From: Mobula hypostoma
Lineage: Eukaryota
Length of the DNA stretch: 64,000 bases
NCBI RefSeq assembly: GCF_963921235.1
Contig: NC_086118.1
Location: forward strand, 23,252,001 to 23,316,000
Direction of reading: 5' to 3'
Each line of letters starts with the position of its first letter. The first letter of the stretch is position 1. The translations under genes and the position numbers were made by a program. Positions 13,143 through 27,322 of the stretch are shown here, piece by piece. Under the pieces are notes generated by a model, which ran no database searches, was not told the DNA's origin, and worked only from the letters and a program-made list of their open reading frames with translations.

Positions 13143-15100
13143 CAAAATCTAACTGCCAAGGAGCTACTGTGAGCAGAGCTTGATATGGTAACTATTACTC
13201 CCTTAGAAAAAGATAAGTAGTGTTTGGCAAGTGAACCCTGCTTGGCTACATTGCTACCTCCAGCGAAAAGTTGTTAATGAAAACATTTTGACTTGGAGTT
13301 CTGCCCAAGTAACAGAAATGTGGAGAGGGAATGGCTGTGGCAAGCTCCTTGAATACAGTATACAGAATGTACTTTATTCAGCAGGCATCTTAATGTCAGT
13401 TTTAAATTGCTGGGAAAATGCACGATGAGTTGGAACTGTTCTTTATATAAATTAGATTTAAAAAAATTATTTCCACCACCAGCACCTTTTTATGTGACCT
13501 TCAGAATGCTTCCAAACTATGTCACATCTAATGACACCATTCCACTGAACTAACTGCAATCATGCTGTAATAGCAGCATAAATTCGCTGCAAAAGTATTT
13601 TTTGAATTTCTTCCAGGGTTGGTTGATTGGGCCAAGGTTGTGTGGAAAGCATATGTTAATTTGGTTCAGCAGCAAAATTGATCTGAGGTGTTAAGGAGGT
13701 GTACTAATGAACGAGGACTTGGGAAGAATCAGAGATCAATGCAATCTCTAACTGAGGATGTACACCTTGGGGGAGTTGAACGCATTTGCACAAGTTTTGA
13801 ATATCTGGAATAGTTTCACAAAATAAAAATGCAAACTATATTGGTTAAACTTCAATTCTATTATGGGAAAGGGATATATTTTCTTATTGTCGTTGCATTC
13901 TGTATATAATAACTTGGTCATGAAATTTAGGGACCAGGATGTACATGAGGAGTCCAGAAGTACTGCAAGGTTGACAAGAGAAATCCGAGGCACACATCCA
14001 GAGAAGGGTAGTTTAAATGTTAAATAACTCACCATTTTGTTTGGAGCACAAAAATATCTTTTTAAGCTATCTTTGAGAGTAGACCACATGTGGATTCTCC
14101 TGAGCATTGCCAGTCAAACTGTACTGTCTTGAACACAGCCTTATGGATTCTCCTCTTACACCATTTTGTCTGTGCTCAGGAAATCCACGTGGCTGAAGCT
14201 CAAGCAGAGCTTAAAAAAAACTAATGCATGCTCCAAGCAATATGGTGAGTGTTTAAACTATACCAACTGAATGTGAAGCTGGCATTTCTCCTGTCAATCC
14301 TGCATTGAAGTTTTGCAGCTACTTCCAGCTTTCACCTACAAACTCGTTTCAACCTCAGTTTCGCTGATCTCAGTCTCTGTTAGCTTCACACACAGCCCAT
14401 TCCCTCCCGGCCACCTCAAAACTCACAAACTGATTACCATCCCTCTGCAATTTCCTTAAGATCCTTCTTCAGATCTTCTGCTGGCTGCCTAAGGCCTAAT
14501 CTCCTGTTTCATTTCGGCATGCAACAGCTGGGGACTACCCATTTGATATGGACAAGCTGACCAGTTCACTGACCCTAACAATGAGGACTGAGACCTGGCA
14601 CTCTCTGCTCTTAGACGAAGATTTCTCCCATTCTGCTCTTAGGTACATGTCAAGACACACTAAGCCAATGTTGCAGAAAAAAGTTCCCCATCCTGTTACT
14701 CATATAAAAGGCTACTGGTTTGTGGGCACCAGCCTTCTCCCTGTCCTTCCCTGAACCATGTGGTTGCATTGCCTGCCTAATTTGTTCTAGCCACCTATCC
14801 AGGTCACCATGAGCAATGAAATCCCACTGATTGTTCATTGCAATGTTTGTGTTGTGTTTAGAATTGACATTAAGCCATCTCATTGAAACCACTTCTGCTT
14901 CAATTGGGAATAGGAACTGTTGGTGACTATCCTTGAATTCACTAGAACCAGGGAACTGAGACCATCTGAATAAGAACAAATATGGGTAATTGACCTAGAT
15001 CTCAAAATTTGATTTAGTGAGCAATTCCTTTATTTATTAGGTGATAAGAGAATGCTTATTATGCTTACCAGAGAAACTTGCACATTGGAGTGATAAGCTA

Positions 15101-15592
15101 CACTCAATAGCCACTTTATTAGGTACACCGAACTGGAACCACTTGTGGTCATCTGCTGCTGTAGCCCATCCACTTCAAGGTTCTTAGCGATACTCTTCTG
15201 CACACCACTGTTGTAATATATGGTTATTTGAGTTAATGTCAGATTCAACCAGTTTGGCCATTCTCCTCCGTCCTCTCACATTAACAAGGCATTTTCACCC
15301 GTGGAATTGCTGCTCACTGGCCATTTTTTGCTACTTGCACCATTCTCTGTAAGCTCTAGACTGTTATGTGTGAAAATCCTGAGGGATCTGCAGCTTCCAA
15401 GGTGCTCCAACCACCTCATCTGGCACCAACAATCATTCCACAATTAAGGTTACATCAGATTTGTACTCCATGTTGATATTTGCTCTGCACAAAAACTGAA
15501 CCTCTTGAGCATGCTGCCACATGATTGGCTGATTAGATATTTTCATTAATGAGCAGGTGTACAGGTGTAAGTAATAAAATGGCCACTGAATG
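15101..15592 (-). mobile_element. Tc1-family MITE / internal-deletion derivative, copy A
   Basis: TA-flanked TIRs (cactcaatagccactttatt ... aataaaatggccactgaatg); homologous to 39643-40198 and 57718-58264. Confidence 0.85.
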
Positions 15593-16842
15593 TAAATAGG
15601 CAGTGCAGCCTTAATCCCTTGCCTCTACCTTTAGTGACTGTAGGATCTAACACAGGCAAAATTCTTATTGAATGTCTTTGCTTAGATTGCACCATGGAAG
15701 CTGAGAAAGCTGTGCAGCTTATTTTCCCCTTTAAAAGAAACAGCCATGCTGCATGTCTACTGAATAAATATGAGGAGCTGCTGATGAAGTGTTGATACTG
15801 CAATACAATGCACTCTACAAGTCATGGCTGTGACTGCCATCGCACTGAATTCCTAATTTCTTCTGTGACATAATGAAGTCTTAAATGATAGGGGAAGCAC
15901 GTCCCTACAAAAAGGCTGAAAAGCTATAGGGCATTGTTGTGTGGACTATATCTAGCATACAGCCTAACAAGTTACATGATTAACTTTACAACAAGAGTAG
16001 TTATGCATTGTATTTTTTCCCCTTCAATTACAGATGAATCTCGGGGTTGTACACTGCACACATTCTTTGAATCTTTTAATTTAATGAGTCTAAGGCAGGG
16101 ATTCTTGAGAGTCGGAAAAGCTCTGATAATGTATTTACCTGTAATGTTAATTCAGTTTACCTTGCCATATAAACTTCAATATTTCTGAGTATCTTCAATA
16201 TTTCTGGGGTTTTTTTCTGATTCCCATAACTCCATAAGAATATTGATTTTTTTTTCATGAAGTCTTTGGGAAAAATCCTGCAAATATTTGCTCTATCTGG
16301 AATCACTTGCTGTGCTGGTGCGAGCTTAGAGTAGACCTCTTGTTTGAGGAGATCTAATCAAATCACTGACTATTTTAGGTGTCCTCACTCCAATACTATT
16401 TTAATTTTTTTTCCACACACATAATTGACATCATTTTAATATGCTCCAGGCTGTGATCACAAGTACTTTGTTTCATTTGCGACATTTTATTTGCAGACTT
16501 TTTCAATACAGTTCTTTTTCTCTGCTTTGTACTACAGAAAACACTTCTCTGATGTTTCACAAATTTCAGCATTACACTTGGATAGAATTAAGATTCCAAT
16601 GGAAATTGTATCTGCCACTCTGATATTGTCTGTTGTAGACGACATATAGATTTCTATCTGCCCACCATGGCTCTTCCTTCATTGCATGCCAGATCTTGCC
16701 GTTAGATGAGATCGTAGGCAGCTTTTTAGATCAGAGAGACTTGTCAACAACATCTCTTTAAAGTGAAACTGCTGTCCATCAGAGCTCTGAAGATTTTATA
16801 AAAGTTTTTAATTCAAACTGCCTTTAATAGAGCTTCTATTAA

Positions 16843-17030
16843 AGAATAATAATAACATTATTTATAGAGCACTTTTCATACAGATGATGTACTTCAAAGT
16901 GTTTTACAATGGGATAAAAGTACAAATGTGAAAATAAAAAAATAAACATGAAAATAAAAGACAAAAAGATGTTAGTTAAAAGCAAGGTTAAATAAATAGA
17001 TTTTGAGCTGGTATTTAAAAGTGTCAACTG
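16843..17030 (-). mobile_element. Probable L2-type LINE/SINE 3' tail
   Basis: (aat)n followed by atttatagagcacttttcatac...caaagtgttttacaa, typical of L2 3' ends read antisense. Confidence 0.5.
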
Positions 17031-20000
17031 AAGAAAAGTTTTTTTTTAGTTAAGTTGAAATTATATTACATGACCCCAAAAAGACTAGTAAGGAGGATTT
17101 CCAAGATAATTCGGTCAAGATGAAATGATGTTCCCTTTTTATTGGCTATATTATGATATTGCAAAGATTTTTGTTGATGTATTGTAGAGTTAGGAAAAAT
17201 ACAAAAACTTAGTCAATAGCAATGATAATAGTAATTGAATTGAATGAATTAATTTTAAAGATTTTCAGTACATTTCACAAAAGATCTTAGATTGTTTTTT
17301 ACTTAAATTAATCACCAGTGGTGATATTTAAACGTATGTGCACCTTTTTGTATTGGGTATTCTCTTCTAATTATTATCTCTGATTCTAGGTAGTGGCTGT
17401 ATTAAATGAACAATATAATCAACATGAAATCCAACAAGCATTTGAGGCTGGAGACAAATGTAATATTAAAATTCAGTGAACTGCTGCAAGATTAACTTAG
17501 TCTTTATCAGGTTTATTTTTGAACTAATGTTTAGGAACACAGCCCCTGAAGTGGACTAAAATTGCACATTATTTCTCCAGTATGGTCATACCAAAGCACT
17601 ATATAACATTAGTAAGGTATCCCAACTCATGTTACCAGATCCTCTTACAATAAAGGCCAGGATACCATGTGCAAAATTGCCCGCTGCACCTGCATGATAA
17701 CCTTCAATGTTTTATTACAGGTTGCTTTGAAGATGAGTCTTTTCCCAACATCTTACTATTTTAAACAAATGCTCAGTTTTTCTTTTCTAGTGACACTAAA
17801 TTGTTCTGTTGCAAAGCAGTGAATCTAAAGTGTTGCAGGGCATACTATGTTTATGCAACAGCAAATGATAAAAGACTTTATCTGCTTGCAGAAATAATTT
17901 CAGTTTTGGAAAGCGGTTGTTTCTGATTGGAAGTTTGGAAATATCCAGTTGATCCGGTGAATATTTTTAACGTTAGTAAAGATTTGATAAATCAACCAGC
18001 TTTTTACATTCAGAAAGATCTCTGACATTAACACACCTGCAAGTGGAACTTAATTCATGTGTAAAAGGATTCATACAACTCACTATTTCCAAAACCAGGT
18101 GGAAAAATGGTCGTATTTGCCATATCTTTGCACATCTAATGTTAAAGACAGTATTTAAAAATTAATGCTAATACATCCTGTGCCCACATACTTTAAATCA
18201 AGAGCCAAAACAAATTTGAAATAGATTGCTACCTGTATTCAGATTCCAGCATATCAACAAAGACGAACAATGAGCAAACCTGCCTGCTTTTTCTGTCCTT
18301 GCTTTTCATAGTGTTATGAACAAGTGGATTGAGATAAGTACCCATCAGGGCTTAAAATGGTTGTTGATTGAGGTATGCAAGGAATGGTTCTTTATGTTAC
18401 TGTATGTGCTTGGTGGTCTGAAAAACTATTATCAAAAACAATTCTTTTGTGATTCATATACTGTCAAATTTACTGGTACACTTTACAGTGGATTAACAGG
18501 AAATGAAAGTGTAGTATGCAGATTCCACGAATTGCAAAATAACTTCAAGAGGTTGATTATAGGTATATTCAAAGCAATCAGAGACTCTTTTTGGCATTTA
18601 TGAGTTTATTTGACATTTCATAGTTTTACAACCATAGAGATAGCAATGAAACAGGCCCAAGTCTTTGTGGGCCATCAACCATTATTTACATTAATTCCAC
18701 ATTATTCTCCTCACATTCTCATCAACTGCCTCAGAGTCTGTCACTCACCTGCATGCTAAGGGCAATTTCCCTAATTATTAATTCAAGAAAAATGATACAT
18801 GTTAAACTGTGCAGATGAAAGAAGAGTCAACTGTTGACTACATGTACTTTAAATGTCCATTTATCTTGTACCTTCTAAAGAAAAGAATTATTCTACATCT
18901 GCCAACATTCCAAATTTATGTACAAGCTGGAAGCATCTTCAGAGCCTGGCATGGATACCGCATGTGCATGGTTGCCAATTACTTTTTATTTGTGGGTTTA
19001 TGTCTCTCTTCTTACAAGTAAGTTCTCACATATATGGATCAATAATGTGATAATCACGAATCATAAATTTCATTTTAGGGCTGATCATTGGTCCACATTT
19101 AATTTGGCTCTTGACAGCTGCTATAACTCTGAAAGCAAAACTGGCTCGTGTTATCTTATAAGTACTAGATTACAAATTGGCTGTCAGCTTCAACGTAAAA
19201 TTTTGAACTGTTTGCATAATTCAGGTTAAACATTTTTCCCAGAATGTGAAAATTTGAAAAAATTAGGAATTCCTTTTAAAATTAATTTTCCAATATTGAA
19301 TTATAAATTAGTACAATGAATAAATAACTTATATAATATATCACTGTGATAGTGCATTCACTGAATACCTAAATGACAGGAGAGTTATTGTTTTCATTCA
19401 CATCACACCTACAGTATATGTTTTGCTAGTACAGACAAAAAGTAAAAAAGTAATGCATCCAAAAGACAGAGCTATATAGACGTATGCTGCTGTTTGCCCT
19501 GCTTGAGTCTTCATCCATCTGCACTTAATAAGTATTTTGAAGCAAAAGCAAACAGTTCATTCCAATGTACGATGTAAATATAATTACCACTTTCTAGTAT
19601 ATATGCAACATTTAATGAAAAAAATGAGTTATTTTTTATCTACAAAGTTACCAAATAACCTAAGCAAAACAGGTCAACATTCATAATGACAATTCTGTAC
19701 AGCACAGCAAGTTTCAAATCAGTAAAATTTCTTTACTTTTTACAGCATTGGGCATTAAAAGTCTATTATTTTAGGTCAAATAAAATTGAGTAGCTATGGC
19801 ATTGCTGTAAAGCAGAAATATTTATAAACAGATCTGCAGCAGAATAATAATGTAATTCCTAAATTTGCCCCTGTCAAATAAGGTAAATACCTAGAAGGCA
19901 TGTTTCATTAATTTCACATAAGTGCTCTTGAAGTTGAGGAGGGGAGAGGAGCAGCACATTCTATTTATTTCAGATTAATTTGTTTGGCAACTCAACAGTT

Positions 20001-20699
20001 CAACTTCATGAGGAATATCTGGCTGGTACGCATTTTTTGAAATTGGACCATTTGTTGTGTTGAATAATTGGGTAGAAATTAAATGTATATTTGATGATAT
20101 GGACTGGTAATCAATCTTCCTTCATGAAAAGAAAAATAGAGCATTAACGCTTCCATTATCCTGTCTAATTTAGTAATTCTTCAGCAAGACATCTGTAACA
20201 TTACAAATATTTACTGTAAGACCTTACTGCAGTTTGAGTCATCAGTGATAGTTCTAAATTTCTAAAAAAAATCCTTACGAAGTCCCATAGATCCATAGAT
20301 TGCTTTTCGATCAATTGACAAGCAGCTAAAGAGTTGAAGAATAAATAAAAATCTGTTTACTTAATTCAACCTTTTTTTCATTAATTCCCATGTAACATGG
20401 TTTAAGATTAATGATGCAATATTATTTAAATTCCAAGACTTGCAGGCAAAACTGGAATTATAATTGCAAATACCGGCTAAGAGTGATGACTCAATGCATC
20501 TAAATGGGTTTTCAATTTTGCATGTTCTGACTGCATGCTTAAGGCAGGATTCAATCTTTATTATAGCCACAAGGCATTGTGACACAAGGTTGTAGAAGGT
20601 AAAAATGCATGCTATTCTGTTCTCTTTGCTGCAGCTTTTGTAAATGTCTGCCAGGTAGTTTACTCTGTTTACAGTTCAGGCCATCTCAAAGTCTTCTAT

Positions 20700-21045
20700 A
20701 GCTAACTTGGCACTTTTTAAAGTGTAGACACTGCTATAATGTGGAAAAGTGAAGGCTAGTTTCTGTCAAACATGCTCTTTCAGTAATATCCATTGAGGAA
20801 TAATTAATCGTGATGTCACAAGTGTAACACCACTACTTTTCTCTGCAATAAGTCCTGTAGAGCCCTTACCACCTGCCTGAGAGATTTAATAGCTCATCTG
20901 GAAGAAAATACTTCTGATAGATTAACTTGCCCTAGTACTGTACTTGAGCACAAAAGCCCAGACTGATGTACTGAAGTGTCAGCTTCATAAACTCACAACC
21001 TTCCAACTTAGCAGTGAAAAATGCCTAACTACACTGCAGCCATCA
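20700..21045 (-). mobile_element. Ancient DeuSINE-like (SacSINE/AmnSINE-type) remnant
   Basis: Decayed match, from memory of the consensus, to tttaacgtctcatccgaaaga...cagtactgcact...aacccacaaccttctgactcag. Confidence 0.45.
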
Positions 21046-21050
21046 TTGAA

Positions 21051-22265
21051 AGAACCTGAATCAGATTTACTATCTCCAGCATATATTGCGAAATTTAACT
21101 TTATGGCAGCAGTACAATACAATACATGATAAATATAGGAAAAAACTGAATCACAGTAAATATATGGAAGGCTATTAAGTAGTTAGAATAAGTAGTCCAG
21201 AAACAGAAATAAAGTAAAGCTGTGAGGTAGTGTTCATGGGTTCAAAGTCCATTTAGAAATTGGATGGCAAAGGGGAAAAAGCTGTTCCTGAATAATTGAG
21301 TGTGTGCCTTCAGGCTTCTGTACCTCCTTCTTGATGGTAACAATGAGAAGAGGGTAAGTCATGGCTGGTGGGGGTCCTTAATGATGGATGCCATCATTCT
21401 GAGGCACCACTCCTTGAAGATGGCTTGGACACTATGGAAGCTTGTACACATGACAGAGCTGGCTAATTTTACAATATTCTGTAGCTTACTTCAATCCTGT
21501 GCTTTAGACTCCTCCCCTCCCATACCAGACTGTGATGCAGCCAATCAGAACGTCCACCACGATACATCTGTAGAAGTTTTCAAGTGTTTTAGATGACAAA
21601 GAAGATCTCCTCAAACTCATGTTGAAATATAGCCTCTGTCTTGCCTTCTTTATAGCTGCATCGATATCTTGGGACCAGGTTAGGTAGTCTGAGATATTAA
21701 ACTTGAAATTGCTCACTCGCTCTACTTCTGATCCTCTATGAGGATTGGTTTGTGTTCCCTCGTTATTACCCTTTCTGAAGTCCACAATCAGCTCTTTGGT
21801 CTTACTAACATTGAGTACAAGGTTGTTGCAATGACACCATTCAACTAGCTGATATATCTCACTCCTGTATACCCTCTCATCACCATCTGAGATTCTGCCA
21901 ACAATGGTTGTATCATCAGCAAATTTATAGGTGGTATTTGAGCTATGCTTAGCCATACAGTCATGGGTGTAGAGACAGTAGAGTAGGGAGCTAAGCACAC
22001 ATCCCAGTGGTGCGCCAGTGTTGATTGTCAGCAGGGTGGAGATGTCATTACCAATCTGCACAGATTGTGGTCTTTCGGTTAGGAAATCAAGGATCCAATT
22101 GCAGAGGGAGGTACAGAGGCCCAGGTTCTGTAGCGTTTCAATCAGGACTGTAGGAATGCTGGTGTTAAGCACTGAGCTATAGCCAATGAACAGCATCCTG
22201 AAAAGTATTTGTAATGTTCAGGTGATCCAAGGCTGCTTGGAGAGCCATTGAGATCGCTTCTGCCA
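21051..22265 (-). mobile_element. Rex1/Babar LINE, 5'-truncated, degraded RT
   Basis: ORF 21504..22196 has [41 protein letters not shown] and KKARQRLYF. The 3' end has a (TTCTGA)-type tail. Confidence 0.92.
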
Positions 22266-24632
22266 TATGGGACTATTTAAAATTATTTTTAAAAGTTCCA
22301 AGAAATCCAGATTAGTTGCTGATGATTATATATTGCATTCATTTGAATGTCTAATCAGAATTTATTGAATTTGCCAAATCCTTGTTTGCTTGCATTCATC
22401 TAAATAGGAAAAATGCAGTATTATCATCTTTAAATAAATAATTAAACTCCCAGTGTTCACTATTGAATTGTAAGTACTAGATAGGTCAGGCAAGAAAAAG
22501 CTGATTAAATTCTGATTTATTATATAGAAATGTTCCTCTGTTTGGTGTTCAAGTTTACAATTTTAGGACAGTTGGAAAAGATTGTCATTAAGTGATGTTT
22601 TTAACTTATTAGGCGAATGATGCTCATTGTTGCCTTTTATGAGTAAGTTGTTAAGTTGCCATGTGCAAATGTTTTAATTTTTCAGATGAACTTAAAACTT
22701 GCCTGAAATTTCAAGCACTGCCTACACTTACATTTATATTATCTTTGAAAAGGATTTTCCATTGAAGAGTTTGGGTATTGTTCTCACAAACTGTAGAGGA
22801 ATGATTTGAGTCTATAAGAGTAAATAAAGTTACCAGGTTACTCTGCAAAAATGAGCACATTACTATACTAATACAGTATTTGAGGGTAATACTTGGTTAA
22901 AATATGAGGTGAGGTGCTGCAAATACGGGATTCAATGAGAGCCATTGTTACTGATTTAAAAGAAATAATGCATGATGAATTAGGGATTTATATTTAGTGG
23001 CTGCAGTACACACATGGAATTGACTTTTTTTTGCAGTGACTTACAAAATGGTACTAAAGCTGACTATTTAAAAAGTAATTCTAAGGTGAAAAAGCTAAAA
23101 ACTTGGCAGAAGTTTACTGAAGAATTTCTGCATAGAAAATATTCTCCATCAGTGCACTGAACATCAAAGCTGTGTGATGTGTACAGTGTACCAGAAAAGG
23201 TGTCGTTAGGCTAATGTGTTTGGAACTGAAGGTTGTTTTTTGTTTGCAATGAACATACACCAATTTTCTTATATATTTAAATTTCTTTAAATGTGGAGCT
23301 ATTGTCTGCTAATCTTAAATAGGGTCCTCGCGTAAAAAAATAATAGATTACTGTGGTGTAAACGCACATAAGATTAAAATTTCATTGCCCTTAAGAGTGT
23401 CCTGTAAATTTCAATATAGGTACTTGTTTATATCTCAGGGTGGCAATACAACCAGTTTTTTTTTCTGTTTCCTTACGATTAAAACAGAAATGAAGTGGAA
23501 TGGGAAAAAATATTTCCAAGGTTGTTCTTTATAATTACTGCATTAAAAACAGACTAACAAACTCTTAGTAGCAAAAAGGTATATGTGTTTGCTCTGAATT
23601 AAATTTAGGAATGAGGGTGGGATAGTTAACATTTACCATTATGAAGGAGTAAATAGGCCAATATCTTTCAGTAACCATGCCTGATTAGCCTAACACAAGT
23701 TAGGAAGTGAGCCCACTAGATGTCCATTGTATCATAAAATCTTCAGGTTTGTTCAGTCAAATCTCTTGGAATCTTTTAATATGACAGTCAGTCTTAAATT
23801 ACAAGCAAGTAATGTTTGTGGTGCTAAAAACTGATTTTTAAAAGTCTGGAATTTTAAGTGTTGGGATTTTAGTTTTTTAATCTTTTCCTGTTTCTTTTGT
23901 TTCTCTAAATCTATCCTCCTTTTGCTCATAAAAAGTTTGATTTGTGTGGATAGTTTTTCATTATGTTAAAAATTCGAGCTCCCATTACCTGGCTTAGAAT
24001 CTGTGCAGTTGCTCCTTAGTCTTATTACATAGGGCATTTCGCCTACCCTGTCAGAGAGCTCTTATCCATGACAGTGGGTGCTGTACTGCTTCAATTTTCT
24101 GATTATTGAAAGTAATGGGACAAAAGCCCACAATAACTCTGGAGAAATGTAAGCAGAATCAATGGTGAGCACTATTCATTTGCTGCTGATTGCACAAACA
24201 AATCTATTATGTAATTAATGCATGTTTCTTGGCTTGTTTCCCATCATAGTCCAGTGACAAAACACGCATGATATGAAGATTTTTTTGGTGTCTTGCATAA
24301 ATGGCTACAAGCCAAATATAATGCTGCCTAAACTTGCTCCAACTGCTGTCGCAAGGCCTATTTTTACGAGGTCTATACTTGTAAAAACCTTTGGGCTTCA
24401 TGTTAAAAGATCACGATGTGTGTGTCATTATTCCATGGTTTTGCTTTAAGCCAAAAGTATTGTGCCTTTTCAAGACTGGTGCTCCTATTCTGAATCCATT
24501 TTTTCTCTATATTTGTTTTCCTTTATCTCCTTTTCAGCCATTATGCATTCTCATTGTTCTGCATCTTTCTTACAATCCCTTTGCAGTTGCTCTTTGTACA
24601 ACTGCTTAATTCTCTACTTTAGACCACAAGAC

Positions 24633-24850
24633 CGTAAGATGTAGAAGCAGAATTAGGTCATTTCGCCCATTGAGTCTGCTTCGCTTTTTCATCATGGCTG
24701 ATCCATTTTCTCTCTTAGCACCACCCTCCTGCCTCTCCGTCCGCCCCATATCCCTTCATGCCCTGACCAATCAAGAATCTATCAATGTCTGCCTTAAACA
24801 TATATAAAGACTTGGCTTCCACAGCTGCCTGTGGAAATGATTTCCACTTT
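24633..24850 (-). mobile_element. CR1 3'-end fragment
   Basis: taagatgtagaagcagaattaggtcatttcgccc...catggctgatcc parallels the CR1 3' UTR at 8620-8700. Confidence 0.7.
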
Positions 24851-25672
24851 CATCTCTGTGAGCTATGCACTGTTTATTTTCCCCATTTATCCTTCCATGT
24901 TCTCCATCTTTTTTTTGTACATTCTGAACTTTATTTTCATTTTGATCCTCCAATAACAAGGCGAAATTCAGGATTTAAAATTGATCATACTTGGAATCAT
25001 ACTACTCATAAGCCGTGATAAGTAGGTAGTTGTGAACCATTTATTATTGGTTAGGTTTTTTGATTATGTTACATTTCAATGTGCATGTGATAATTAAAAC
25101 TGAATCTGAAATCTGAATTCAAACCATGGATCAGTATGTGACAGACTGAGTGTAATTAGGACTTCACTTCCAATCTTTGAGATACTAATTATACTCAGTC
25201 GATTCCATTCAATAGAATTTGTGGAAGACCAAACTTGCAAAATGAATAATCTATTCATGTCAAGAGCTTACCAAATGGACAGAGGTAGTCCATAAGCTTT
25301 ATGCCAGATTTGAGATCTTGATCTTGAAGCATTCATTTCCTTTTTGGTAAATGTAGAACCAAGCAAGGAATGCCCTTATAATCAAAACAACATGGTAGAG
25401 GCATTGAAGGGCACTGAAGCTATTTGCAGTATTTCTAGAAAATGTAATTCAGGACTTTGACAAAGGACAAGAGAATATAAAATGAAACAAAAAACATTAT
25501 TGCAATAATACATGCATTATTGATATTTGACTAATTAATTTAACTAATTTCACTAATTAATGACAAATTAATTACTAATTAATTAAAATAAGGACCAGGA
25601 ATTTAAATTGGGATTGGCAGTTAGTTGAATTCCACATTCAATGGGCTAATGGTTGGGCAGATGACTATTATA

Positions 25673-25704
25673 CTGACGAAGGGACTCGGCCTGAAACGTC
25701 GACT
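25673..25704 (+). ncRNA. Minimal hammerhead ribozyme motif (intact core, 5' strand of helix I missing)
   Basis: CTGACGA (25673-79), stem-loop II agggactcggcct, GAAA (25693-96), C, GTC (25698-700), gact. Confidence 0.65.
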
Positions 25705-25799
25705 GCACCTTTTCCTAGAGATGCTGCCTGGCCTGCTGCGTTCACCAGCAACTTTTATGTGTGTTGCTTGAATTTCCAGCATCTGCAGAATTCCTGTTG
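25673..25799 (+). mobile_element. Short Penelope-derived terminal-repeat fragment beginning at a hammerhead core
   Basis: Nearly identical to 27024-27150, the 3' end of the PLE fragment. Confidence 0.85.
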
Positions 25800-26464
25800 A
25801 TTACATTGAAGAATGTGTGTTGCTCTCGGATCATACTTCAGAGTATAAAGCATATACCAGCAAATTTGGAAGGTACAGATCAGTGAAGCACACTTAGTTG
25901 ACCTGGGATGAATGAAGAAAATAGAACTGTTGTGGTGAGAATAATTGAACTGCGGAAGTTTCTAGATTTCTCCTCTGACCACCCCAAAGTGGCCTGAGTT
26001 TTTTTAATCTTTAATTTTTCATTTCTGGCTGGTGTGAGAAATGTGTATGTTAAGATTCACAAGGTATTATAAGTCTGTGGGATAGATGAATAAGTTACTT
26101 CCCTGCACGTCAATGATATTATATTCAGGGTTGTTGTATCTGGTGAAACTGGACAAGCAAGGTACAAGAAATGAATAATATCATTCATGCATTCATAAAC
26201 CACAGTGAAGTAAAATATCAATTCTGCAGCCAGATATCTGATAATTGTTTATTAATGACCATTCTTAATGTCATTGAGAACTTTTTTATAACTTGGTATT
26301 TAAAAAGTGGCAAAAATTCTGTATTCAGCATAGATGAATAGCTTTTAGAAATGCTCAGGAAAATCATCAAGCAGTTCCCTGACCAGATTGCAAGTGACCA
26401 GGTGGGGGGGAGATATTTTAAATTAAGGACGTTCTTGTGTCATAGAAGAACCCTTAGGATAACT

Positions 26465-27154
26465 TCCCGATGTGGCCTTTTATATATTGGCGAGACCCGA
26501 CGCAGACGCTTTGCTGAACACCTACGCTCCGTCCGCCAGAGAAAGCAGGATCTCCCAATGGCCACACATTTTAATTCCACATCCCATTCCCATTCTGACA
26601 TGTCTATCCACGGCTCCTCTACTGTAAAGATGAAGCCACACTCAGGTTGGAGGAACAACACCTTACATTCTGTCTGGGTAGCCTCCAACCTGATGGCATG
26701 AACATCGACTTCTCTAACTTCCGCTAATGCCCCACCTCCCCCTCGTACCCCATCTGTTACTTATTTTTATACACGCATTCTTTCTCTCACTCTCCTTTTT
26801 CTCCCTCTGTCCCTCTGAATATACCCCTTGCCCATCCTCTGGGTTCCCCCCCCAGGTCTTTCTTCCCGGACCTCCTGTCCCATGATCCTCTCGTGTCCCT
26901 TTTGCCAATCACCTGTCCAGCTCTTGGCTCCATCCCTCCCCCTCCTGTCTTCTCCTATCATTTTGGATCTCCCCCTCCCCCTCCATCTTTCAAATCTCTT
27001 ACTCACTCTTCCTTCAGTTAGTCCTGACGAAGGGTCTCGGCCTGAAATGTCGACTGCACCTCTTCCTAGAGATGCTGCCTGGCCTGCTGCATTCACCAGC
27101 AACTTTGATGTGTCTTGCTTGAATTTCCAGCATCTGCAGAATTCCTGTTGTTTG
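26465..27154 (+). mobile_element. Penelope-like element 3' part: GIY-YIG endonuclease C-terminus plus pyrimidine-rich terminal repeat
   Basis: SRCGLLYIGETRRR-FAEHLRSV...ATHFNSTSHS, then after a frameshift LRLEEQHL...LQPDGMNIDFSNFR* (stop 26725-27). Followed by a C/T-rich tract and a hammerhead motif. Confidence 0.9.
27020..27055 (+). ncRNA. Minimal type I hammerhead ribozyme motif in the PLE terminal repeat
   Basis: agtc (27020-23) pairs with gact (27052-55) as helix I. CTGACGA 27024-30, stem II agg...cct, GAAA 27044-47, cleavage triplet GTC 27049-51. Helix III is reduced (ATGT, probable CpG decay of palindromic ACGT). Confidence 0.7.
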
Positions 27155-27322
27155 CATTCCCAAAATAGAGATGGGATTGCCAGGAAAGTACAGGGAAACA
27201 AACTCAAGGAAATTAAAATGAACTTGGATCACATGGATAAGGGAATCATTCATGGCCTGTTAGGTCTTTGTAGTAATCAACTAAAATCTGTAGAATTATC
27301 AGAGCATTAGCTTCTCCCAAGT

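Noticed and set aside
13748..14979. 119-aa and 109-aa minus-strand ORFs
   Set aside because: No recognisable domain, codon pattern or splice context; consistent with chance ORFs.
25528..25588. Repeated actaatt units resembling an array
   Set aside because: Irregular AT-rich low-complexity sequence with no constant repeat-spacer period; not CRISPR-like.
26767..27310. Overlapping 146-aa and 160-aa ORFs
   Set aside because: They are low-complexity readings of the pyrimidine-rich PLE terminal repeat with no domain signal.
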